A program made the position numbers and the translations under genes. From NCBI GenBank assembly GCA_947452725.1, contig CANGEG010000001.1, forward strand, positions 1 through 40,442: 40,442 bases of DNA, written 5' to 3'. The notes under the pieces were generated by a model. It ran no database searches. It was not told the DNA's origin and saw nothing but the letters and a program-made list of their open reading frames with translations. Below are positions 10,064 to 18,544 of this stretch, piece by piece (the stretch's first letter is position 1; every line of letters starts with the position of its first letter). Source of the DNA: Comamonadaceae bacterium. GTDB taxonomy: Bacteria > Pseudomonadota > Gammaproteobacteria > Burkholderiales > Burkholderiaceae_C.

Positions 10064-11283
10064 AAATGACGATTTCCATCATTGGCGGCGGCATCGCCGG
10101 ATTGAGTTTGGCCCTTGGCTTACAACAAAAAGGCATCGCTTGCGAGGTCTATGAAAGTGTGGCCGAGGTCAAAGAAATTGGCGTAGGCATCACCCTGCTG
10201 CCCCACGGCATGAAAGAGCTGGCCGCTTTAGGCGTGCAAGAGGAGTTGGAAGCAGCCGGCATTGAGAACCTGGAGAGCGTGTTCTACACACGTCACGGCC
10301 AGTATGTATACCGTGAAGCGCGCGGCCGCCACGCCGGTTATGCCTTGCCCGAGATCGGCATTCACCGCGGCAAGTTGCATCGCATTTTATTTAATGCAGT
10401 GTTGCAGAGACTGGGTGCGGACCATGTGCACACCGGCCATCGCTGCACCGGTTTCAGCCAGGACGCGACTGGCGTTGATTTGCACTTCACCTTGAGCGAC
10501 GGCAGCAGCCGCACCGTGCAGAGCGACTATGCGGTGGCTTGCGATGGCGTGAACTCGGCGGTGCGCAAGCAGATGCACCCGGATGACAAAGTTTGCTTTG
10601 CCGGCATCAACACCTGGCGCGGCGTGACGGTGCACCCACCGATCTTGACGGGCAAAAGCTATTTGCGCATTGGCACCGTAGAAACGGGCAAGATGGTGAT
10701 CTACCCCATCGTGGACAATGTGGACGGCAAAGGCAATCAACTGATCAACTGGGTGGCCGAACTGCAACGCCCAGATGCGGCGATGAACGACTGGAACAAA
10801 GCTGGCGATCCTGCGGTTTGCGCGGCGATTTTCAAAGACTGGAAGTTTCCGTTTTTGGACGTGCCCAATTTGATTTTGCAAGCCGAGAGCGTCTTTGAGT
10901 ACCCCATGGTCGACAAAGACGCCCTGCCGTTTTGGACCCAAGGGCGCGTGACGCTGATGGGTGATGCCGCCCACCCCATGTATCCGCGCGGCTCCAACGG
11001 CTCAGCCCAAGCGTTGATCGATGCACGTACCTTGGCGGACTGCCTGACGCAACATGCCGACGCACAAGCGGCCTTTCAAGACTACGAAGCCCTGCGCCTG
11101 GGCCCCACCGCCAAGGTGGTGCAAACCAACCGCACGGTGCCGCCGGACTTCATCATCATGAAGGCCGACGAGCTGAGTCACGGCCAACCCTTTAACGATA
11201 TCAATGAGTTGATTAGCCAAGACGAATTGCGTGCCATCTCTGACCACTACAAAACTGTGGCAGGGTTCGCGCTCAAGGCTTAA
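10060..11283 (+). CDS. Flavin-dependent monooxygenase (group A, PhzS/salicylate hydroxylase-like)
   Basis: IIGGGIAG FAD motif, CDGVNS (DG motif), GDAAHPMYPRGSNG (GD motif); start 10060 TTG or 10066 ATG. Confidence 0.88.
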   Translation: MKMTISIIGGGIAGLSLALGLQQKGIACEVYESVAEVKEIGVGITLLPHGMKELAALGVQEELEAAGIENLESVFYTRHGQYVYREARGRHAGYALPEIGIHRGKLHRILFNAVLQRLGADHVHTGHRCTGFSQDATGVDLHFTLSDGSSRTVQSDYAVACDGVNSAVRKQMHPDDKVCFAGINTWRGVTVHPPILTGKSYLRIGTVETGKMVIYPIVDNVDGKGNQLINWVAELQRPDAAMNDWNKAGDPAVCAAIFKDWKFPFLDVPNLILQAESVFEYPMVDKDALPFWTQGRVTLMGDAAHPMYPRGSNGSAQALIDARTLADCLTQHADAQAAFQDYEALRLGPTAKVVQTNRTVPPDFIIMKADELSHGQPFNDINELISQDELRAISDHYKTVAGFALKA

Positions 11284-11300
11284 GTTTTAAAGTGCTGGCC

Positions 11301-11684
11301 TCATGCGGGGCCGGCTAACCAAGGGGTCAGCGCGCGCGGCACCTCCACGGTCAAGCTCATTAGCCAGTAACTGAGCGACTTGCCGTGACTGTCCAAATTC
11401 AGCGCGCTGTTCACACCACCGTCCAGCACATCGTCAAGCACGAAATTCATCGCGTGCAGAAGCGGCAACTCAAAGCGCTGCACCCGCGTGGGGTGACGGG
11501 TGGCGAATAAATCGGCCACGCGTACTTCGGTCACCTGCGCCAGCAGCACCGGCCAGAACTCTTCGCGCCAGGCAATCACGCTGATATTGGAGCGGTTACC
11601 TTTGTCACCGGTGCGGCCATGGGCCAAGCGGTCCAGGGTCACGGTCAGGGAGTCGGACATCGCGCCAGTGCTTGCCAAGTTCAT
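11301..11684 (-). CDS. AtuA-related small protein (stand-alone AtuA C-terminal-like domain)
   Basis: AHGRTGDKGN and LDGGVNSALNLDSHGKSLS motifs; ATG at 11684 overlaps the upstream stop (ATGA). Confidence 0.82.
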   Translation of the reverse strand: MNLASTGAMSDSLTVTLDRLAHGRTGDKGNRSNISVIAWREEFWPVLLAQVTEVRVADLFATRHPTRVQRFELPLLHAMNFVLDDVLDGGVNSALNLDSHGKSLSYWLMSLTVEVPRALTPWLAGPA

Positions 11685-13063
11685 GCGACAACTCCCATCG
11701 TCAAAGGCGGGACCATTTCGAACCGACTCGGAAGGACCTCGCGCGGCAGCAAGCAAGACACCAAGCCCAAACGCGGACGCAGCGCGGTGCGCACACCGCC
11801 GCCGCCTGCTGGGCCGCAGGTGTACAGCGCAGTGACTTCGCGCAGCAATTGCTCGGCTGTTGATTTGTCCGCATGTGAGGTGGCCATGCGCAAGCGCACA
11901 TCGGTGCCGCCCTGGTCGGGCAAAGCCGCCAGAGCATCGCCTGCGTCGTCGGCCCACAAACTGCGCACACCAATCAAGTCCACGCGCAAAGTCAAATTAG
12001 GCAAGCGCTCGCGCACCACCGAAGCGGCCAAGCGGGCGCGGGCTTCAGCCCGGGCACCGGCATATGAGATTTCGGCTTCGGCCAACCACCCATTTTCGTG
12101 GCATAGGTTCACCTTAAAGTGCGATGGCCTTGGATGGCCTTGCACGCCCGTAAGTTGGACGCGGTCTGGGCCCAGCTCAATGACTTGCGCAGCCGTAATG
12201 TCGGCCACCACATCAGGCGTGATGTAGGCGGCCGGGTTGTCAATTTCGTACAGCAGTTGTTCCTTCACGGTGTGCACATCGATGCGCCCACCGGTCCCCG
12301 CAGGCTTGCTCAAGGTGCAGCGGCCATCGGCCTCGATCTGCGCAATCGGAAAGCCCACATGTGCCAAATCGGGCAGGTCTTTGAAACCGGGGTCGGCGTA
12401 ATAACCGCCAGACACTTGCGCGCCGCATTCAAGCAAATGGCCAGCCATGGTGGCTCCGGCCAAAGCGTTCCAATCATCAAGCGCCCAGCCAAAATGCGCC
12501 AGCGCAGGGCCCAGTGTCAATGCCGGGTCTGCGACGCGGCCGCAGACGACAATCTGTGCACCGTGGTTCAAGGCATCCGCAATGGCCTGTGCGCCCAAGT
12601 AGGCGTTGGCGCTGACCAAGTCATTGGGCAGGCTTTGGGCGCGCAAAAGCACATCGGGGTGTTCGCGCACATCATCGCCCAAGACCACTGCAATACGGGG
12701 CGCAGCCAGCTTCAAGTCGTGCGCGAGTTGCGCAATGGCCTGCGCCGCAGCACGCGGATGGGCCGCGCCAAAATTGCTGACAATGCGAATGCCCTGCGCC
12801 AAACAGGTGGCCAGCACCGGGCGCAGCAAGTCCAGCAGCAAAGGCTCGTAACCCGCTTGCGGGTCAGCGCGGCGTGCCAGTTGGGCCAGCGCCAAAGTGC
12901 GTTCAGCCAGGGTTTCAAAAATCAACACCGCATGGCCGCCATAGCTTTGCAGACCGGCCACAAGGTCTTGCACCACGGGGCCGGCGGCGTCGGTGCGGTC
13001 GCCTGAAAAACCGGCGCCGCAACCGATGCGCAAGGCTTGGGTGGGTTGGTAAAAGTCAAGCAT
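11681..13063 (-). CDS. Acyclic terpene utilization AtuA family protein (DUF1446)
   Basis: IGCGAGFSGDR, FETLAERT, SANAYLGA, GRVADP, GHLLECGAQVSGGY, KEQLLYE, YITPDV, GPAGGGG. Confidence 0.9.
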   Translation of the reverse strand: MLDFYQPTQALRIGCGAGFSGDRTDAAGPVVQDLVAGLQSYGGHAVLIFETLAERTLALAQLARRADPQAGYEPLLLDLLRPVLATCLAQGIRIVSNFGAAHPRAAAQAIAQLAHDLKLAAPRIAVVLGDDVREHPDVLLRAQSLPNDLVSANAYLGAQAIADALNHGAQIVVCGRVADPALTLGPALAHFGWALDDWNALAGATMAGHLLECGAQVSGGYYADPGFKDLPDLAHVGFPIAQIEADGRCTLSKPAGTGGRIDVHTVKEQLLYEIDNPAAYITPDVVADITAAQVIELGPDRVQLTGVQGHPRPSHFKVNLCHENGWLAEAEISYAGARAEARARLAASVVRERLPNLTLRVDLIGVRSLWADDAGDALAALPDQGGTDVRLRMATSHADKSTAEQLLREVTALYTCGPAGGGGVRTALRPRLGLVSCLLPREVLPSRFEMVPPLTMGVVA

Positions 13064-14102
13064 GCACGACCTTCACCGGGATGTTCACGGGAACGCGCAC
13101 GTTCGTGGCCTGTGCGCGGGCGCGCAATTGCCCGCAACCGCCCTCCACATCTTGGCCTGCGGACTGACGCAGCTTGGTCAAGATGCCACGCTGGTGCAGG
13201 CTGCGCGCGATTTGAGCGGCGCGCTCCCAGCTCGGGCGCTTGAACGGCAGGTCGTCCACCGCGTTATAGGGGATCATGTTCATCAGCGCGTATTTGCCCA
13301 ACAGCAAACGCACAATACCGTCGATCTCTTCCTCAGTGTCATTGATGCCTTCGAGCAAAGTCCATTGGTATTGGATCGGGTAACCGGTAGCGCGGGCATA
13401 GACCTCGCCCATTTCCACCAAGTCTTGCGGACTGATGCGCGGCGCCTTGGGCAGCAGCTGCGCACGCAGATCAGCGCGCGTGGTGTGCAACGAGATCGCC
13501 ATCGCCGGTTGCACAGGGCCTTGCGGCAACAAGGCAAAAGTACGTTCGTCGCCCACGGTGGAGAACACCAAGTTCTTGTGGCCAATATTACCTTGCGTGC
13601 CCAGCAATTCAATGGCTTGCATCACGTTGTCTAAATTGTGTGAGGGCTCGCCCATGCCCATGAAGACGACTTTTTTTACTGGCCGAAGCGTACGCGCCAA
13701 GGCCACCTGGGCTACGATCTCCGCGCCTGTGACCTGACGAATCAGGCCTTCTTTGCCGGTCATGCAAAACACACATCCGACCGCGCAACCCACCTGGCTG
13801 GATACGCACAGACCATCGCGCGGCAACAACACGCTCTCCACCGTTTGACCATCAATCAAGCGCAGCAGCAAGCGGGATGAGCCGTCTTCGGCTGGGTGTT
13901 GTGACTGCAGGGTGACCAACCCCGCCAACTCGGCACTGAGTGCGGGTAAGGCGTGGCGTAAGTTGGCCGGCATGAAGCTGTCCAGCGCACGACGGCCACT
14001 GTCTTGCGGCAGCGCTTGGCTCCACAGGCGCAGCACCCGAGCCTCGTGTTTGGCATTAGCCCCCAAGGCCTGCAAACGCTCACGTAAGGTGTCCAGTCGC
14101 AT
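13056..14102 (-). CDS. Radical SAM RNA methyltransferase, RlmN/Cfr family paralog
   Basis: LCVSSQVGCAVGCVFC (CxxxCxxC), VFMGMGEP, ISLH, C-terminal GGCGQL; not in the ndk-rlmN-pilW context of canonical rlmN. Confidence 0.88.
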   Translation of the reverse strand: MRLDTLRERLQALGANAKHEARVLRLWSQALPQDSGRRALDSFMPANLRHALPALSAELAGLVTLQSQHPAEDGSSRLLLRLIDGQTVESVLLPRDGLCVSSQVGCAVGCVFCMTGKEGLIRQVTGAEIVAQVALARTLRPVKKVVFMGMGEPSHNLDNVMQAIELLGTQGNIGHKNLVFSTVGDERTFALLPQGPVQPAMAISLHTTRADLRAQLLPKAPRISPQDLVEMGEVYARATGYPIQYQWTLLEGINDTEEEIDGIVRLLLGKYALMNMIPYNAVDDLPFKRPSWERAAQIARSLHQRGILTKLRQSAGQDVEGGCGQLRARAQATNVRVPVNIPVKVVHA

Positions 14103-14111
14103 ACCGCTGTC

Positions 14112-14330
14112 TCAATAGTGGGGCGGCAATTCGTCACGCAAATTGCGCTCCCCTAAGGGGCCGCCTTCGGGCATTTGACGACGCAGCTGACCGACTTCAG
14201 CCAGCAAGGCATCGATCTGACGTTGTTGTTCGTAAACCTGTTGGTTCAATTGTTCGAGCAGGTCTTCGGCGTAGCTGGATTTGATTTCCAGCGCCATCAG
14301 GCGCTCGTCGGTGTGGGATTCAAGGGACAT
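14112..14330 (-). CDS. slyX: SlyX family protein
   Basis: ERLMALEIK...LEQLN...QQ coiled coil ending in ELPPHY. Confidence 0.92.
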   Translation of the reverse strand: MSLESHTDERLMALEIKSSYAEDLLEQLNQQVYEQQRQIDALLAEVGQLRRQMPEGGPLGERNLRDELPPHY

Positions 14331-14505
14331 GCCCTATTGGACATGATTTTTCATCCCACTTTCACTTCAAGCGCTCTCAACGCCTGACGGCACATGAGTG
14401 ACACACAGCGCTTTACAACAAAGGCACGAATCCCCTGGCTTGACCGAAATCGGGTACGCTTCTCACCGCTGACTGAAGTTCACGTTATTTTGAATCGGAG
14501 TTTCC

Positions 14506-15801
14506 ATGCCCCAGTCCACCCGTTACTTTCGCCTCTTAAGGCTACAACTCCTCTTGATTGCAGCGCTGGGCCTGAGCACCAACAGCTGGGCGGCGCCCGA
14601 CGCGGCGGTTTGGGCTTCGGTGCAGCAACAAAAACAACCCCTGCTCAGCACCTTGCGAGATCTGGTGGCCATTGAATCAGGCAGTGGCGACCGCGAAGGT
14701 TTGGACCGCATTTCACAACTCATTTTCGATCGCCTTCAAGCGCTGGGTGGGCAGGTGCAGTTCATTGACGCCCAGGCCAATGCGTATCGCATGCAGAACA
14801 CCCCAGCACGCATCGGCCGCATGGTCAAGGCAACATTCAAAGGCGAAGGCAGCAAAAAAATTTTGCTGATCGCCCACATGGACACGGTCTACCTTAAAGG
14901 CATGGGTGCAAAGCAGCCCTTTCGCTTAGAGGGTAACAAAGCCTATGGTCTGGGCATCGGTGATGACAAGGCCGGCATCGCCGTGATCTTGCACACTTTG
15001 GCTACGCTGCAAGCCGTCAACTTCAAAGAGTATGGCCAGATCACCGTTTTGATCAACGGCGATGAAGAGATCAGCTCGCCAGCTTCACGCCAGACCCTGA
15101 CTCAATTAGGTCGGGAGCATGACCTAACAATGTCCCACGAGGGCTCGCCCGTCAACTCCGATCAACTGTCTTTGGCCACGGCAGGGATCGCTGCTGTGAA
15201 CCTCAAGGTGACGGGCAAAGCATCTCATGCCGGCAGCGCGCCCGAAAGGGGTTTGAATGCCATTTATGAGTTGTCGCACCAGATTCTGCAAACGCGCAAT
15301 TTTTCGGACCCCAGTAAAGGCGTGAAAATGAACTGGACCCTGATTTCGGGTGGAACCAACCGCAACGTGATTCCTGCCGAAGCCATGGCCGCGGCCGATG
15401 TAAGGGTAGAGCGCATTGAAGACTATGCTAATTTGGAATCGAAGATTGCCAACACGATTCAAGACCCATTAATCACCGGCACCAAAGTGGACATGATTTT
15501 TGAAAAACGTCGTCCACCCCTGGAGTTCAATCCGGCCCAGCTGGTCGTGGGTCGACATGCGCAAACGATCTACGGCGAGATAGATCGTCCCTTGAAAATC
15601 CTCGACAGCGTGTCAGGCGGTGGCACCGATGCAGCCTTTGCGGCCTTGAACACCAAAAATCCAGTGCTTGAACGTTTTGGTTTGCTGAGTTTTGGCGCTC
15701 ACTCCAATGACGATGAGTTCATCTTGATCGACTCGATCGAACCTCGCCTCTACCTGGCGTCGCGCTTGATCATGGATTTTTCTCGCGGACAAGTCCGGTG
15801 A
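14506..15801 (+). CDS. Secreted M20 metallopeptidase, glutamate carboxypeptidase (carboxypeptidase G2)-like
   Basis: Signal peptide, AHMDTVY, GIGDDKAG, GDEE, SHEG, SHAG, GGGTD, AHS; GGAG RBS. Confidence 0.88.
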   Translation: MPQSTRYFRLLRLQLLLIAALGLSTNSWAAPDAAVWASVQQQKQPLLSTLRDLVAIESGSGDREGLDRISQLIFDRLQALGGQVQFIDAQANAYRMQNTPARIGRMVKATFKGEGSKKILLIAHMDTVYLKGMGAKQPFRLEGNKAYGLGIGDDKAGIAVILHTLATLQAVNFKEYGQITVLINGDEEISSPASRQTLTQLGREHDLTMSHEGSPVNSDQLSLATAGIAAVNLKVTGKASHAGSAPERGLNAIYELSHQILQTRNFSDPSKGVKMNWTLISGGTNRNVIPAEAMAAADVRVERIEDYANLESKIANTIQDPLITGTKVDMIFEKRRPPLEFNPAQLVVGRHAQTIYGEIDRPLKILDSVSGGGTDAAFAALNTKNPVLERFGLLSFGAHSNDDEFILIDSIEPRLYLASRLIMDFSRGQVR

Positions 15802-15823
15802 TACCAGTGGGTCCAGGCAAGAG

Positions 15824-16144
15824 TTAGCCCTTGAGGGGGGCGTCGGGCAGCAAACAAACTTCGGCCACTTGCAGCTTATTGTCTTTGGCGAAGTTCATCA
15901 CAAAGTCCCAGGCCATGGGCTCGTAATCGCGCAGGTCGCGGTTGACCACCACGCATTTGATGCCGCCCATGGTGGTAGGAATGCACCAAGGGGAGTAACT
16001 CAAGTGGCTACCTGGCTGCACGCCACCCGGGCGGAACTGACCCATGACTCCCGCCAATCTTTCTGCCCAGTCGCTGGGGCGAAAGGTCTTGCCGTCCAGG
16101 GTGACTCCCTGAATAAAGACTTCTTTGGAGGAGGTGGGGACCAT
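15824..16144 (-). CDS. DUF3579 domain protein
   Basis: FIQGVTLDGKTFRPSDWAERLAGV and FVMNFAKDN signature; divergent from argD. Confidence 0.85.
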   Translation of the reverse strand: MVPTSSKEVFIQGVTLDGKTFRPSDWAERLAGVMGQFRPGGVQPGSHLSYSPWCIPTTMGGIKCVVVNRDLRDYEPMAWDFVMNFAKDNKLQVAEVCLLPDAPLKG

Positions 16145-16191
16145 CGGGTAGAGGGGCTTTCAAAACGGGTGCGTCACCGGGGATCGCCCGA

Positions 16192-16226
16192 TGCTGCAAT
16201 GCACCATGATTGTATCTTATACAAGA
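16192..16226. promoter_or_regulatory. Putative DUF3579 promoter/operator: TGCTGCAATGCACCA box plus TCTTATACAAGA palindrome around a minus-strand TACAAT -10
   Basis: TGCTGCAATGCACCA 16192-16206; minus-strand TACAAT 16209-16214; TTGTAT-ctt-ATACAA 16210-16224; TCTTATACAAGA 16215-16226, one mismatch from the mdh/gntR palindrome. Confidence 0.55.
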
Positions 16227-16342
16227 CTTGAGGCAGGCGGGGGGCGATGGAGAACCGATCGGATACGGCTCGAGAGTCTCCAAGGTTTGTGACCCTTGCA
16301 TGACTGACCAGAATCCAATTGCCTCTAAAATCTCATTTCAGC

Positions 16343-16368
16343 GGCCCCGTTGGGGCCTGTTTTTTTTT
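16343..16368 (+). terminator. Terminator-like hairpin with T9 tract inside the argD leader
   Basis: GGCCCC-gtt-GGGGCC then TG and nine T, immediately before the GAGGAG RBS of argD. Confidence 0.5.
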
Positions 16369-16383
16369 GAGGAGTCCATTCGC

Positions 16384-17586
16384 ATGTCCGCTTTCATTGA
16401 AGCCGCCTCTCCCCACACCATGAACACCTATGGGCGCTTGCCTATTGCGTTAACTCACGGTCAAGGCTGCCGAGTCTGGGACATCAATGGCAAAGAATAT
16501 TTAGACGCGCTGGCCGGCATTGCCGTGAACACGCTAGGCCACAACCATCCCGAGCTGGTGCCCGCCTTGCAAGACCAACTGCACAAGATCATTCACACCT
16601 GCAATTACTTTCACGTGCCCGACGCCGAGCGGTTGGCAGCCAAGTTGGTCGAATTGTCGGGCATGACCAATGTATTCTTCTGCAACTCCGGCTTGGAAGC
16701 CAACGAAGCGGCCATCAAGCTGGCACGCAAATTTGGCCACGACAAAGGCATCACTAAGCCAAAGATCGTGGTGTACGAAAAAGCCTTTCATGGCCGCAGC
16801 ATTGCCACCCTGAGTGCCACCGCCAACGTGAAGCTGCAGCAAGGCTTTGGCCCCATGCTCGAAGGCTTCATCCGCGTGCCGCTGAATGACATTGAAGCGC
16901 TCAAACACGCTACGGCGAATGACCCCGATGTGGTCGCGGTGTTCTTTGAAACTATCCAAGGAGAAGGCGGTATCAACCCCGTTCGCGCCGAGTACCTGCG
17001 CGAGATACGCGCACTTTGCGATCAAAAGGATTGGTTGCTGATGATCGACGAGGTGCAATGCGGCATTGGCCGCACTGGCAAATGGTTTGCCCACCAATGG
17101 GCGGGCATCGTGCCCGACGTGATGCCACTGGCCAAGGGCCTGGGCTCGGGTGTGCCGATTGGCGCGGTGGTGGCGGGCCCCAAGGCGGCGCAGATTTTCC
17201 AGCCGGGCAACCATGGCACCACGTTTGGCGGCAACCCCTTGGCCATGCGCGCCGGGGTGGAAACTATTCGCATCATGGAAAAAGACGGCCTGCTGGCCCA
17301 CGCCGCCGAGTTGGGTGCGCATTTCAACAAGCAGCTCACAGAGTCGCTGAGTAACCATCCAGGCATCAAAGAAATCCGTGGTCAAGGTCTAATGATCGGC
17401 ATTGAATTTAACCAGCCCTGCGGAGTGTTACTCAAGCGGGCTGCCGATGCCGGATTGATCATCAATGTGACAGCCGACACCGTGGTGCGCCTGTTGCCGC
17501 CGCTCATCATGACCACCGCAGAGGCCGACGAGGTGTTGTCCATCTTGCTGCCGCTGATTCACACTTTCTTAGCAGAACAACCATGA
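16384..17586 (+). CDS. argD: Acetylornithine aminotransferase
   Basis: MNTYGR, FFCNSGLEANEAAIK, FHGRS, IQGEGG, DEVQCGIGRTG, LAKGLGSG (PLP lysine), HGTTFGGNP; GAGGAG RBS. Confidence 0.95.
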   Translation: MSAFIEAASPHTMNTYGRLPIALTHGQGCRVWDINGKEYLDALAGIAVNTLGHNHPELVPALQDQLHKIIHTCNYFHVPDAERLAAKLVELSGMTNVFFCNSGLEANEAAIKLARKFGHDKGITKPKIVVYEKAFHGRSIATLSATANVKLQQGFGPMLEGFIRVPLNDIEALKHATANDPDVVAVFFETIQGEGGINPVRAEYLREIRALCDQKDWLLMIDEVQCGIGRTGKWFAHQWAGIVPDVMPLAKGLGSGVPIGAVVAGPKAAQIFQPGNHGTTFGGNPLAMRAGVETIRIMEKDGLLAHAAELGAHFNKQLTESLSNHPGIKEIRGQGLMIGIEFNQPCGVLLKRAADAGLIINVTADTVVRLLPPLIMTTAEADEVLSILLPLIHTFLAEQP

Positions 17587-18521
17587 GCGCAGCTCCTCTT
17601 TTACCCGTGCGGCATTACCTGCAGTTCGGTGATCTGAGCGCGGACGAATACGCACACTTGTTTGCACGCGCTGCCGAGATCAAACGCAAATTCAAGATCT
17701 ACGAAAAATATCATCCGCTGGTGGACCGCACACTGGCCATGATTTTTGAAAAAGCCAGCACTCGCACTCGCGTGAGTTTTGAAGCCGGTATGTACCAGCT
17801 CGGCGGCTCGGTGGTACACCTGACCACCGGCGACAGTCAACTCGGCCGCGCCGAGCCCATCGAGGACAGTGCCCGAGTTATCAGCCGTATGACCGATCTG
17901 GTGATGATCCGTACCTACGGCCAAGACAAGATCGAGAAATTTGCACAGTACTCGCGCGTACCCGTCATAAATGGCCTGACCAACGAGTTTCATCCCTGCC
18001 AGATCATGGCCGACTTATTCACCTTCATCGAGCACCGCGGCGCTATTGCTGGCAAGGTGGTGGCCTGGGTGGGCGACGGCAACAACATGGCCAACACCTG
18101 GCTACAAGCGGCCGAGTTGCTGGGTTTTACCGTGCACCTGAGCACCCCCAGCGGCTACGAGGTCGACCAGGCGGTGGCCGGCTTGCGCAGCAGCGCCTGC
18201 TTTAAAGTGTTTGAGAGCCCACTGGAAGCCTGCCGCGGTGCAGACTTGGTCACCACAGATGTGTGGACCAGCATGGGCTATGAAGCCGAAAACGAAGCGC
18301 GCAAAAAAGCCTTCGCCGACTGGTGCGTGGACACCACCATGATGCAAGCAGCCCAGCCCGACGCCCTGTTCATGCACTGCTTGCCTGCGCACCGCGGTGA
18401 AGAAGTCAGTGCCGACGTGATCGACGGCCCGCAATCGGTGGTCTGGGATGAGGCCGAAAACCGCATGCATGTGCAAAAAGCGCTGATGGAATTTTTGCTG
18501 CTGGGCCGTGTGAACGCCTGA
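17583..18521 (+). CDS. argF: Ornithine carbamoyltransferase
   Basis: STRTRVSFE, HPCQ, GDGNN, SMG, HCLPAHRGEEV, AENR. Confidence 0.96.
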   Translation: MSAAPLLPVRHYLQFGDLSADEYAHLFARAAEIKRKFKIYEKYHPLVDRTLAMIFEKASTRTRVSFEAGMYQLGGSVVHLTTGDSQLGRAEPIEDSARVISRMTDLVMIRTYGQDKIEKFAQYSRVPVINGLTNEFHPCQIMADLFTFIEHRGAIAGKVVAWVGDGNNMANTWLQAAELLGFTVHLSTPSGYEVDQAVAGLRSSACFKVFESPLEACRGADLVTTDVWTSMGYEAENEARKKAFADWCVDTTMMQAAQPDALFMHCLPAHRGEEVSADVIDGPQSVVWDEAENRMHVQKALMEFLLLGRVNA

Positions 18522-18544
18522 GTCACCACCCAAGTCACAGCCCC

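Noticed and set aside
14422-14440. GGCACG resembling a sigma54 -24 element upstream of the carboxypeptidase
   Set aside because: No GC at the required 10-nt spacing
16360-16368. T9 homopolymer as a phase-variation tract
   Set aside because: It lies upstream of the likely argD start and directly follows a GC hairpin, so a terminator-type tail is the simpler reading
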